Shown: piece by piece, positions 1 to 12,298 of the stretch | Numbering within the stretch: position 1 is the stretch's first letter | Layout of the letters: each line of letters starts with the position of its first letter | NCBI RefSeq assembly: GCF_006345805.1 | Contig: NW_021825821.1 | Span: 558,001 to 622,000 of the forward strand | DNA from: Octopus sinensis | Taxonomy: Eukaryota | DNA length: 64,000 nt | Direction of reading: 5' to 3' | Notes under the pieces: generated by a model | What the model was told of the DNA's origin: nothing | Database searches by the model: none | The model's input: the letters and a program-made list of their open reading frames with translations, nothing else | Made by a program: the position numbers and the translations under genes

Positions 1-830
1 GAACAATCTATACCGAAGCTAACTTATCTCATCTCAGTTCAAAAGAACTGGGATAATATACATTGTTTGCATGTACTCGAAGATATCCGCCTACGTGCTG
101 ACTAGTTTCAGTTGGCAAGCATTAATTGTGCCTGTCAACCCCACTCGGCCGATTGGCTTAACGCTTTGCCGATTTCCTCTGCTGGAATGTTCCTGGACGA
201 CGAATCTGTCCGCATCGGAATCTGTTTACGGCTTGGCATAGAGATTTGCTAGCCACATCAGTGCAGATGCGGAAAGGTCATTGACAGGAGAGGGCTACAT
301 CCCTTCTCTTGTCGCCTCAGTGCGGCCGAATATCCAGACATGCCGCCTTGAATGATATTGTCAAGCACGCGCTCTACGCCGCTGGATTACCTACGGTCCT
401 GGAGCCGGTTGGGTTAGACCGTGGTGACGGAAAACGTCCCGATGGGTCCACGCTATTCCCGTTCAAAGGGGGACTCGCTCTCGTTTGGGACGTCACCTGT
501 GTCGACTCGCTTTCCTCGTCATCTCCCATTGACTCTGCCTCCCGCCCTGGCTTAGCCTCCGCACATGCCGAAACAAAAAAAATCACAAAGTACGCCTCAT
601 TGGAGAGCACCTGCTTTTTCGTCCCTCTGGCTTTCGAGACGAGTGGGATAATCGGCCCAAAACCCCTGGAGTGCCTTTCGGAGATCGGCTTGATGATCTC
701 AAGGAAGAGTCACAAAAGACGTGAGTCTAGCTGGCTTTTCAGCGAATTTCGCTCGCGATATTACGCGGAAACTGCCTGTTTATTCGCTCGTCCTCTCAAT
801 CAAAGAATTAACGTGGATCATTGAATTATT
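1..830 (+). mobile_element. CRE-like RLE non-LTR retrotransposon, 3' part (post-RT, zinc knuckle, restriction-like endonuclease), frameshifted; continues off the window start
   Basis: Translation gives WLNALP..LDDESVRIGICLRLG, C-x-C-G, RHAALND, DGKRPDG, WDVTCVD, FVPLAFETSG, the motif set of RLE-type non-LTR elements. Confidence 0.8.
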
Positions 831-2616
831 ATTATTTTATGGAAACTTTTCATAAAAAAAATGATCAATCAATTAATCAATCAATATTCAGAAACAATGA
901 ATTTTTTAATAATCAATCATCAAATTTCCCTGTTTTATTCCATTTTCTAAATTTCTTTTAATTCTGTTAATGACGGTTGTTGATTCAACTTCTAAAGTTT
1001 TTTCCTGATAAAAATAATTTTGTTAATTTTCAAACTATAAGTCACTTCCATGGATTCAACTCATTCTGATTAGAAATATTTTGAAAAGAATTTGCAACTG
1101 GAACCAAAGATTCGTCAACTTCTTGTCTATCATCGTCGTCAAGGTTTTCTGTTAAAATATTATTTTTATTATAACAGTCGTCTAAAATTATTTTTTATTC
1201 ATAGATCTGAAATTCCGTGGAGCAATTTATTGAATACGTTCTAAACTCTTTATCTAAAACAATTATTTCAATTGGAATTCCCTTCCAATTTGAATGTAAC
1301 TAACAATTTTGGATTGTAACTTGACTAACCTTAAACCAAATGTGCACCGATAAACGCATTTTTTACAATTAACATTTATAAACATTAAATATTTTGACTT
1401 CCGATTTAATTTTATTCAAAATATTCTAAGACTTTTCATTCAAAAACGTGAGATTTAAAACTTTTAATCAAGCTTTCAAACATTAAATGCCTACAATATT
1501 CAGTCCACCGAACGATGGTAAATATAATGTGAATATACTATTTACGTCATTTTTTAAAAGGCAACTTTGCATTTTTTGACTTCTGCTGAAAATCATCTAC
1601 TTCTAAAATCAAACTATAATAAAGTCAGCCCTAATACGTTGTTTTCTGCTCGTCGATCACAGATTTATAAAATTTATTTGATTTAAGAGATGAGAACTGT
1701 TACTTTGTATGGATTCATATAGTCATATTATTAGTTTAAATAAATACCTTTAATTATTATTATTATTTTTTGTCACCGGCCGTAGGATAGACGGCGCCGT
1801 TGAGTGGACACTAAGCAATATTTTTAATTAAAAATATTTTTACAATAATAATCTCCATTAAAAAATCAAAATTATTTAAATAATTTATTACATATTCCTA
1901 ATTTTTGTTTAAATTAAGAATCGCGTGAGAATGGTTTTGTTGTATCTATTGCAATCCTTTGTTGAAAAATTAATTAATTATATTGAAACTGGCTTGATAG
2001 AAGATGAAACACAGAGGAAAGAACGTTTTAAAATACGTTCTCTCTCAAAAATTTTATTTATGAGCAATCTGTGCTTTTCATTCTGAAAAATGGTAAAAAA
2101 CTAAGATTCTTCACTATCGAACAAAATGAATTTAAGATGAAAACAATTGAGGTAAATATAAAATCAAATTTTGTAGGCTGAACACAATTTAAACCATTTT
2201 GGTCGTGATAGGCTTTATTCCAAACTCTGTGAAGAAATTTATCCGATTACGAGAAAAGAGGTCCTTACTGTTGTTAGCCGGTGTGAAGTTTGCCAGGTTT
2301 AATATTTATGAGCAATATAGGCGATGCGTTTGATGGCCACTAAACCAACTATTACTCCTATTATAGGAGATTCTGTTATTATCCGACATGACAGAGACTC
2401 AAATGTGAATAATAGGAAATATCATCTTCACGATGAAATATCTTCAGAGAAATTTTATATCGTTGACAAAAAAATAATTTATGTGTGTTAAAAGATGAAA
2501 ATGGAACAGAAATTGAATCCATTCACATTAGTAGACTCAAACGATTAGTTTAAATTTTTGGTTAATAAACTTTTAAAAATTGTATAAAAAGTTTTTCAAC
2601 TTAAAATAAGAAGCAA

Positions 2617-2792
2617 ACACACCGCGGCCGAAGGCCGCATAGGGGAATAGTTGGATTCCAAAAAAAATCCGGCCGTAGGCCAATTGGTTTAGGTTGGACT
2701 TTAAAAACTACACACCGCGGCCGAAGGCCGCATAGGGGAATAGTTGGATTCCAAAAAAAATCCGGCCGTAGGCCAATGGTTTAGGTTGGACT
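2617..2792. repeat. Two-copy 93-bp direct repeat containing GC-rich GNA-triloop hairpins
   Basis: ACACACCGCGGCCGAAGGCCGC...GGTTTAGGTTGGACT at 2617 and 2710. Confidence 0.9.
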
Positions 2793-2998
2793 TACTACCT
2801 GAAAGCCTAAGGCTGGATAAGAAGTAATACGTATGCAGCAATTAAGGTTTGGTTAGGGTTCCCTTAGAAATCTGTACTGGTCATCTCTAAAATGCTGTTA
2901 GGATACCAACGTCTATTTTATTTAATAATTTTACAAATAAATTCGATTTTATAACTATTAAAAAGTATTATTTTAAAATGATAAACCTCGAAATATAA

Positions 2999-3407
2999 GA
3001 ACTGGCCTACTGGGATTGAACTGGCCTATAAGAATCAACCAGGAATCGCTATACAATAGATGCAGAACTGGCCCTCTGAGTGTGGAAATCGTCAATATGC
3101 GGTGGAGGTTATTGGCCATATTCTACGAATGGACATGCTTGCCCCAGCTAACATAGCAATGGAGGGCTACTTCCTGAAAGAGGATCGAGCTTCCGTGGAC
3201 GTCCACGTGTTACGCTGCCGGAAACACTTGACGGAGACCTGAAATGTGTGAAGAAAAGGCTAAGGAGTGGTGAGGATCTGGACGAGCTGAGGAAACTCGC
3301 TCACGACAGAGGAGTTGGAGGAGGCTGGTTCAAAGGATTGTTTTTAATGCTGCACGAGTAAAATTATAACTAATATGATTCTACGTATGTTGCAAATAAT
3401 AATAATA
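2999..3407 (+). mobile_element. 5'-truncated RTE-like LINE 3' end nested in the Ginger-like element
   Basis: 18-bp TSD ATAAACCTCGAAATATAA (2981-2998, 3408-3425), (AAT)n tail, C-terminal GHILRM...LAHDRGVWRRLV motifs. Confidence 0.75.
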
Positions 3408-3654
3408 ATAAACCTCGAAATATAATAAACATTATGATTTTTAATCAATAATCGTAGAAAAACGGTGTGGTTGGTTTTGTTGGCTCTCTTATTTTCTCAA
3501 AAGTCACCAAATTCATCGAAAATAGGCTTAAAATGGGACTTGGAAAAAATTAAGGTATGTTTTATACGAGCAAAATTGAAATAAATGAGATTTTGAAAGT
3601 GTCCAACGAACGGCGCCGTCCAGCCTACGGCCGGTGACATTTTTTAACCCAAGA

Positions 3655-4275
3655 ATCACCAACAGTTAATTAGGGTAATTAATTAGGTGGTTCCAACAAT
3701 CCTCAAAATCTTTCTCAGCTTTTTCCGATGTTGGACTCTGGACCCAACGCAAGTGCGGGACGGGCGGGGAGCAGTTTTTGTGAGGAATTGGATTGGGGTG
3801 ATTTGCTTCTGATTGTTGAAGCCTTTTGGCAGGTGGTCTTGTTGGATGGCTAAGAAACCCTTTCCATCTTTCTTAATAAGTTGGTCAAGCGGAGTTGGGG
3901 TAATGTTGTTCACTTTGGAAATTTTCATTATGCTAGTTACGGCTCGGCATAGTGTAGTTTTAATTTTAAGGCGGTTAGACCATGAGAGATTAGAACCCCA
4001 AGCGGCGCAGGCATAGCCAATTGTTGGTTCGATGAATTGTTTGTAGAGAGTGCCGAGAGCCGGGAACGGTGTCTTTAGTCCACCAAAAATCGATTTGATT
4101 AGTCCAATCTTTCTCTAACTGGATCCGATGGCCTTCTCTAAATGGGCAGTAAAACACATGTGGGTGTCAAAAGTGACCCCCAGAATTTTAGGGTTCTTCG
4201 TGAATGGGATCTTTTCGTTGTCCAGAAAAAGATCAACAGTAAGGCTTCCAAGTCTCTTGTCCGACGTAAATAGGG
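3655..4275 (-). mobile_element. Jockey/CR1-like LINE 3' fragment, degenerate
   Basis: Reverse strand reads KILGVTFDTH..LYKQFIEPTIGYACAAW; same family as 15505-16080. Confidence 0.7.
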
Positions 4276-4385
4276 TAGTGGACTAAATAAAAATTTTAAT
4301 TCTCTTGATTAATTTTTTATCGATAGTCGACCCTAATCGACCCTAATTATGTAGATATTAATTATACATACCTCTTTGTTTAGCA

Positions 4386-5928
4386 ATGATACTTTTCATT
4401 CTTGTGGCATCGCTATTTAGCATCGGAATTTACTTCAATTTGAGGAATCCGAATCTCTCTTCAATAAAACAAGACGAACCTCTGATCCTCACCGACTATT
4501 TGATTAAAGGAGAATCTGAACTGGCACGATCTCTGAGCCGCCTTAAATCTCCTCCTTTGAACATTGAAAGCTACTCGGGCTATTTCCGAGTATGCGACGA
4601 TTGCGTCAGAAATATGTTCTTCTGGTATTTCCCTGCCCAAGTAAACCGAACTCTCACTCCCTAAGAATGGAGACAGCTCAGCCCCAGTCTTGGCCTGGCT
4701 TCAGGGAGGACCCGGCGCCTCTTCTCTCTACGGCCTATTCGAGGAGCACGGCCCGTTCACCATCGACGAGAACTTGAAAGGCAATCGTGTGACATATATT
4801 TGCAGTGGTTCGACGCGATGTGACCTGGACGAGCAATTATTCCGTGATTTACATCGACAACCCTGTGAAACCCATAAATGACTCGTAGGTCGGGACTGGG
4901 TTTAGTTTTTCGAATGATGAATGTCTTTTAACCAACGAAAAGCAAGTCGGCCGATATCTCTCAATGTAGGTCACCTGCCCTATTTTAGATTTGCCCAACA
5001 ATTTTTTGAATTATTCCCCGAGTTGAGTTTAAATCCGTTTTATGTGGCGGGGGAGTCATATGCTGGGAAATATGTACCCGCGATGGTGAATGCCATTCAC
5101 AAAATGAACAAGAATTCCTCAGGTCGCATCAATCTTACAGGAATGATCATCGGGGACGGTTTGTGTGACCCTTACAACGTAATTTGTTATGGTCCCCATT
5201 TTTAGATGGTGGACTATGGGACGTACTTGTTCAATCTTGGTCTCATCTTTGATTCCCAAATCAGTCAGTTTGACGATTATAGAGATATGATCCGAGAGAG
5301 CATCGATCAGAATGACTACAAAAAAGCCTTTGAGGTTGGTCGTGAGTGGGAGTTGTAGTACTTTGACCAAGTTTTGAACGGGGACTTGACTCCCTACCCT
5401 ACTCTTCTCTTCAATCTGACTGGACTGACCAATTATTTCAACTACATGGCCGATGGAGTATTATTATTTATGATTAGACGTTAGCAAAAGCCAACATATT
5501 ACGAAAAATGGCTTTCCGAGAATGCACAAATGCTAAATGTGGGGAATCAAACGTTTAATGGTGGCAACCGTGTGGAGGTGGCATTGGTGGATGATATTAT
5601 GCGGTCTGTGGCTCCCTTGATCGAGGAAATCATCAATAATGGCTATAAATGTCTCTTCTTTAATGGACAACTCGACTTGATTGTTCCGTTTCCGCTGACC
5701 TCTGAATTTTTATTCAAGTTGGACTGGGAAGGGAAGGAGGACTTTCTGAATTCCGTCCAGCGGATTTGGTATTCGCGGGGCAATTCGAGAGAGGTGAATG
5801 GATATGTGCGGAGTTCTCGAAATGTGTACCAAGTTGTCGTCAGAGATGCAGGACATATGGTTCCCGCAGATCAACCCAAGGCGGCCCTGGACATGATTAA
5901 TGATTTCATTAACGACCAAGAGTTTTAA
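4386..5928 (+). CDS. CPVL: Serine carboxypeptidase S10 (CPVL / vitellogenic carboxypeptidase-like), 7 exons
   Basis: Signal peptide, [40 protein letters not shown]-like [21 protein letters not shown]; six introns of 23-27 nt (e.g. 4641-4665) restore one frame. Confidence 0.9.
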
Positions 5929-6174
5929 TTTGTCTAACTAAATTGGTGGATTGGTTATCTAACATTAATAAAAGGTTGTGTCCATTTGATAACCAATTAA
6001 AAGAAATTGGATAACTTTGTTTGTTGTGGTTTAAAGTGGTGGTCTAATTTCTTCCCCATTTGTAATTTTGTCACATTCATTGTTGTTCTTCATTGTACTG
6101 TCTTATTTTCTATGTATCCCATTGTATTGTCTTATTTTCTGCTTATCCTATTCTATTCTAATCTATTCATGAAA

Positions 6175-7140
6175 AAAGTAGATACGGAACGTGGAATTGT
6201 CCTGGAATTGCCCTTCGTGCGTAGTTCCTGGATGGTGTCCACCTCCCTTTGTCCTTCCCGTCTCTGATGCAGAGGATTTCATGCGATATCTGTCCGCTTT
6301 ACGACGGTGCAGGTACATCCCCGTCAGGATCCCGAAGGCAGTCAGGTTACTTGCTGCAGAGAGTCTTGCCACCTTGATCGGAAATGCCGCGAAGAAACAC
6401 TCCGACGCCCTTTCATGGGCAAAAATATTCCTCTTTCCCGTCTACGCTTTGGGCGTCCCGATACAGCAACAAAGGGATGGGCAATCCCTTGCTAAAGTTT
6501 TGAAAGCGCAGATCACTGAATTCATGTTCAATTTCAAGTCCGTCCTCTGCCCCCCTACCGAAGGGATGCACAAAGTTGAAAGAAGGCCTTCAAAGGCATC
6601 TGAGGCCGAAAGGATACGGCGGCTGGTACGGACAAAACTCATGGAAGGAGACGTAAAGGCCGCTGTACGAACCATATCCTTGGACCTGGGCACCCTTCCA
6701 TACAGCACTGCTACTGTTTCCGCACGGCAGAAGACCCGATGGGATGACCACATTTCATTTCAGAGGGGAAAGTGTCTGGTTTGGTACGTCACGTGCGTGA
6801 ACCCCTTTTCCAATCAGAATATCAAATTATGTATCGAAAATCCGGGAGCCCCGTCTGAACGGGCTGAGAAGAGAAAGGCTGAGAAATACGCTGGAATTGG
6901 GAATGGCAGAGTGTTTGTCCCCCTGGCTGTTGAGACGTCAGAAATACAAGGGCCTTCTACTCGGACCCTACTCCAGCGCATTGGCTCATTAATCGAAAGG
7001 GTTACCGGCGACCCGTGTGAGTACCGGTATTTAATCGAACGAATATCTATAGCCATAGTCAGAGGCAATACTCTGGCTATTTGCCAATGACGATTTTTCT
7101 CTTGTCCTTTTTTTATTAATAAAAGTAGACTAATTAAAAG
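6175..7140 (+). mobile_element. CRE-like non-LTR deletion derivative (N-terminal region fused to RLE, RT domain missing)
   Basis: 299-aa ORF 6191-7090 joins IPVRIPKAVR..EGDVKAAVR directly to GKCLVW.VTC..FVPLAVETS..ERISIAIVRGN. Confidence 0.75.
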
Positions 7141-7807
7141 AAATTTCATTTGATTTAATCGTTTTCGACAATACACTTTTGTAAATTTAAGTCAATAGTT
7201 AACTTATTTAAATAATAAATTCATGCATCCTTTACTTTCAGCTGTTTCAGAACATCTTTAAACATCTAAAGACGGTCCCGATCACTCTTCTTAAATGCGA
7301 AAATGGACTTCTTTTTATTCCCTGACAACAACCTACACTAACAACAACTCCCGACTTTATTTTTAGATGCGTTTGGTGTCTTCTTCAGTAGAATCAATAT
7401 TAATGCTTATTACCAGCGTATTTGATTGGGCTGCGTGTGAGAAATTTCATATTCTTTAAATTTCAAAGCAATTATATACATATAAAAGAATTATCCCACC
7501 AATTTTGTATTCTGACAAAGTGTATATTTTGCCAAATTTTATGCCAATCAATATTCATAGTCCCAACTATGGTTTTTAACCGATCCTGTCATATTAAAAA
7601 AATAATATTGGACATTAAAAAATATTGGTAAATTTTAGATTTGTGGTTTCTATCAAAAATATGTCGACTTGCACAATTTGACGAATTACCGAATTTGAAT
7701 ATTATACCGAGATTACTGTACTCTGCGAATATATTGACTTTGGTTATTGATTAAGGTGAACTTTTTGTTATTGTTCTTTCCACTACATCCACTGTATACC
7801 TTATAGC

Positions 7808-7985
7808 AGTGGTTCCCAACCTTAAGGTGCTCGTGGAACCCTTTTGGGCTAATTTATTGATGATCTCCCATAAACGGGGAGACCCACGCGAGTCCAAGTG
7901 GCTTCTCGAAAGGATTTCCTTGGCTATAGTACGTGGAAACTGTGTTTCCATTTACGAGGCCGGGAATTTAGTTAGTTAATAACTA
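7808..7985 (+). mobile_element. hAT terminus (CAGTGGTTCCCAACC) fused to a CRE-like 3' tail
   Basis: hAT-type TIR start followed by RESKWLLERISLAIVRGN and a TTAGTTAGTTAA tail. Confidence 0.6.
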
Positions 7986-8129
7986 TTTGTCAATATTTTA
8001 AAACTGTTCATAAAAAAAAATCTCAATAATTATCATTTGAATTGTTGTGAAAATTAAAAATATTAACCTTTTCAATTTATTGTATGAAACTTTTTTATAA
8101 GAAAATATAATTGCAATTTACTAGAAGTT

Positions 8130-8220
8130 AACCAAGCCATCCATCTGAAGTGGACCCCGCCAACATTATTGACGTTGCGTTGTCTTTCACGATAGCAACG
8201 GAGATCAACTGGAGAAGCCA
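8130..8220 (-). mobile_element. CRE-like 3' end fragment
   Basis: Close reverse-complement match to 56048-56135 (WLLQLISVAIV.GNATSI). Confidence 0.7.
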
Positions 8221-9739
8221 CTATGAAACTGAATTGCTTTCCTATCGAGATGGCGATATTCTAAAAATAGACTAAAGACGCATTATTAAACTGCACATGT
8301 AAGCTTAAAAAAGAATTTTTTAGAAAAAAAATTGTATATAGCCTCTGACAAATGTTAATAAAATTTGATTGAATTTTGTTTTTAAATTAGCTATTATGTT
8401 AGTTGTTATATTTCAGTTCAAGTCATTATATTATTTTGTAACCTATTTTTTAATTCAAATTGTCTCTTTTCTATTTCGATCATGAAAATTATTTTTACCC
8501 TGAGGAGTTCTTTCAACAGTATTTAATATCAAATGATTCACACCATTATTATATTTTGGCGGATTTTTAATTAAAGATTGGTCAACCTTAAAAATTTAAA
8601 CATCATGTCTATTACCCAGTTGTAGCCGGTACTCCTATTTTATATATTTATTACGCTAACCTTGAAATTCTACTGCTCTGTGTTGTCAAAAAAATTGTAA
8701 GCAAACAAAACAAATAGATCATTGATTTATTTATTTTTTATTTGTTCTTTAAATATTCTGCAATTTGTACTTTAATTTTGTCATGTCATTAAACTATTTA
8801 ACTTGGCAGAATTGCCTTTGTGGCCATCTTGGGCTATATTTTTGAATGATAACATTTTTAGCATTTTTTGAGTAAAAAAGAAGTTATCTATGAGATCTAG
8901 CAGCAGTGTGGAATTTAAAACACTAAACGCGAAAAAAGTTAAAATTTATAACTTATAAAGTGTAACAAAATAATGATTAGTTATATTTTGAAATAACTAC
9001 TTCTGATATAGTGACAGATTAACTGACTTTCCGGTCGTTGAGAAATCTCAATTGAAGTAGATTTTTTATGATAGAGTTACTACAATTAAAAATTTCAATT
9101 TAAAATATATTTGTATTCATTAAAAATATTTTTTATTTCCATATCTTTATTTAATACATTGTAAATAGTCACATGAACAAAATTAAGAAAGCTGATGTGT
9201 ATCTCGATTGTAGTATGTATATAATACCCAGAAATATAACTAATTTAGTGATTCCTCATCCTTAATCCAATTTGACTTGACTGAAATTATCGCCCAAGCT
9301 ATATGTACTTTTTTTGGGGAGGTTGGCTACATCGACATTGGATTTGTCATAACCAAACAAGATGTGTCAACATTTACAGTCAAGACAGCATATTGGTAGG
9401 TATCTCCATTCTGATTGGAAAGTTACGCTTCTCGGCTTTGGGCTGTTCTGACTTTTATTGGAGCGGTTAAGGAGGGTCAGAGATGTTCTATTCGTGTACA
9501 TCAGGTAAACATATTTTGCATAAATTAGGCTTATTACATTGATCCACAAGGAGAACATTTATCAGTTTTTCCTCACTTTATCTGACGTCTTTACAATAAA
9601 ATTTATCGTTTTTATATTAATAAATATGTTTACTTGGTTAACCAACAAAAATATACTTAAATTTATTTTTATACATTTTAAGGACTTAATCTTTAAAGTA
9701 CGTGACACAGTCAGACGACATTATTAATTTTATTGTCGT

Positions 9740-11240
9740 TAGTCTTATTCACCCGTTTCGTTCCCTTGCTCGTTTAATGACGTCGTCCAGATCGTCAGCG
9801 TCCTTCAATCGATTTTTCATGACAGCATAATTCTCCGCAAGTGTTTTGAAAAGACAACCTCTTGGACTTCCTTTATATGTTGGATATTCACTATGGCAGA
9901 AAAATTCTTCCATGGCGACATTGCAAGGTGTTTCTTCATTCACCCTGAAAATATTACCCAACAGACGCCAACGAGCTTCAATAACATTTATTGGTGCACA
10001 TCCACTTAGCCTTTATAATTTTTTGTTCGAAATTTTCTTTTGCCAAGAATAATAAAGAGTTTTCTTTGTTGGTCTCCGTTAAAAGAGTCAAGTTGTTTCT
10101 TTCTTTGGGACGGTCGGAGAAATGCACTATATAAGCGTAGCCACATCTTCGCTTGAATTTTTTTTCGTGATAAAATCGATTGTAATTTTTTGAGTGCTAT
10201 TGTGGGTAAGATCTTCTGGCGTGTAATATTTTCTGAGTCTTCATGTAAAGATCCGAGTTTTTTAGTGTTCCTCCACTTTTCCTCCATGCGGGTAGACATT
10301 TGTTCAATAGTGGTGAATTCTGTTTATCTTCATTGACTTTGAGAGACCATTTGCTCAAAGTTATTTTTGTTTTCTCTGCAATAACGTCTATAAATTCCCG
10401 ATTTTCAACGACAAAATCGACATCATTCTCGTAAATGAGTTCCATTGAGTGATCGTCCAGACTTCCGATTTTTCTTTTAGATCTCTCAAAACTGCCTCTA
10501 AATAGATCTCCTTGTGGGGTTCCAGTATTGGAGGAAATAATATAGATTCCATAGAACAAACTCTGACGAGTAGTTAAGTTTCATACAATAGCACATGTGT
10601 CATGTTCAGACTGTCTTCATCGATAATGTCTTTCAACACTATAAGTAATTTACTCCTGTTGATGATGTCGAAAACCTTACTCACGTTGACTCTCAGGATA
10701 TGAAAAGATCGTTTATACAAAATTATCTAACAATGGCTCCATACAACATCAGCCGTAGATCTTCCCGGTCTGAAAACACTCTTTTTCCTATTTCTGAATG
10801 GTTATTAGTACTCCTGTCACGATTGGGAGCGGACAGTGCAACGCAAATTCTTTGCTCAGTATTTGTACAAAAGAGCTCGCTAGACTATTGGAGGCATATT
10901 TGAATAATTTCCCGAAACTCCGTCAGCATCCTGCAGTTCTGTTGTTGTTTACACGGTGGAATGCTTCCAAGACCTCAAAATGTGTTGTTTCGTTTGACGG
11001 GCTCCGTGGATGTCCAATATATGAAAGTATACAAGTGTCATCTGTTTGAAATTGTTTCTGAAAGTGGTCGGCAATTCTCGAAGCTTTATCTGAATTATCC
11101 AATATTAAGTGTCCCGATTCGTCCCATATTAATATTTTGGAATTTTGAAAACCACAGCATCCGAACAGCCATGAACATTTCACTCCCAGATAAGAGTTTT
11201 TATTTTTCAATGGCTTTCCAAGTACTTCGTCAATAATAGA
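9740..11240 (-). mobile_element. Degenerate RTE-like LINE (RT region)
   Basis: Fragments ASRIADHF, NNNRTAGCDG, FRPGRST, GTPQGD, ELIY..DVDFV across several frames. Confidence 0.65.
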
Positions 11241-11293
11241 CGTGCCCGGAGTCTTATTTCATGAAGGATTAATTTTATTTAAAAAATAATAAA

Positions 11294-12039
11294 TCAAAGT
11301 TTTTCCTCAATTTTAATTTTACGGTTTCTTTTTTTAATTTGCTTCTTTTTCTTAGCTTCCGTCGACTTTTTCTTACAGGAAAGTGGATTAGCACCCTTAG
11401 CCAATTTTCTCTTCTTCTTCACCACCACAACCTCCACTTCCGGCTTCAATTTATCAATTTCCTTCACATCGTGACTCGTGGGGTCATACGACGCCTTGAC
11501 TACTCCCTCGGAAATGGCACGTGTATTGACAGAAGGACTCCTCAAGTTGATACAATTATGAGATATAACTAAAATCGGTAAAGTCCCCTTTTTTGACTGT
11601 TCCAAACATTCTGAGAGTGTTTTATCCTGATTATGGTCTCAACTTGGCTTACTTGAGTACATAAAAAATATTTATTTTGATTCTCGTCGCCAATCAGGGA
11701 CCTCAAACACGAGAAGGCTGACTTTGGAGATTCCGAATGCCCACAGGGGACCGTTTTGAATTGGGAGAGGACTTTGAAGGAACCGTAGAGGAGACTTCCG
11801 TATTTTTCACATTCTTTGAGACAACATTTGGTTGTTAGGAAACTTACTTCAGAATTGAGATATTTTGGAAGTTGTTCAGAGATGTTGAGCTTGCATCTGA
11901 GAATGTTAGGGGTAAAGTACCCGAGGGCAGCTCTGCAAAATGTACCGTCGATGAGGATGTTATAGGGAGGTTTGATTTGAAAATTTATATTGTAAAATTT
12001 CAAGAGTCTTTTGACTTTTTTCTGCCTTTTGAACCTCAT
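11294..12039 (-). CDS. UTP23: rRNA-processing protein UTP23 (PIN-like, Fcf1 family), 3 exons
   Basis: MRFKRQKK..PYNILIDGTFC..EQLPKYL..TTKCCLKE..CGH..YFLCTQD, lysine-rich tail with GANPLSCKKK; 24-nt and 26-nt introns. Confidence 0.88.
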
Positions 12040-12298
12040 GCACCACAACAATCAAATTACGGACGCGTGTTTAAATATATTAAAAAATTTAAACAATATT
12101 TTTTATTAAAAATATTTTAAAATAATTTTAAAATTCGTTAATAGTGAAATTAGGATGAATTATAATCGACTTGTCACAATTTCGATTGATTTTCATATTT
12201 AAAATTAAATTTATAATAAATTTCAAAATATTTTAATTATTAAAAAATTAATCTTAAATAAAATAAAATTATTTGTTTCCATTCTTGTTGTAGTCACA

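Larger units (their letters stand above)
1771..3639 (+). mobile_element. Ginger-like (integrase-type) DNA transposon, internally deleted
   Basis: ~40-bp imperfect TIRs starting TGTCACCGGCCGTAGG (1771-1811; 3599-3639), TTTT on both flanks; internal H2C2 zinc domain EHNLNHFGRDRLYSKL..CEVCQ after removing 25-nt (2152-2176) and 24-nt (2297-2320) introns; DDE core missing. Confidence 0.7.

Noticed and set aside
8300-9730. Possible minus-strand multi-exon gene
   Set aside because: Could not assemble a consistent frame.
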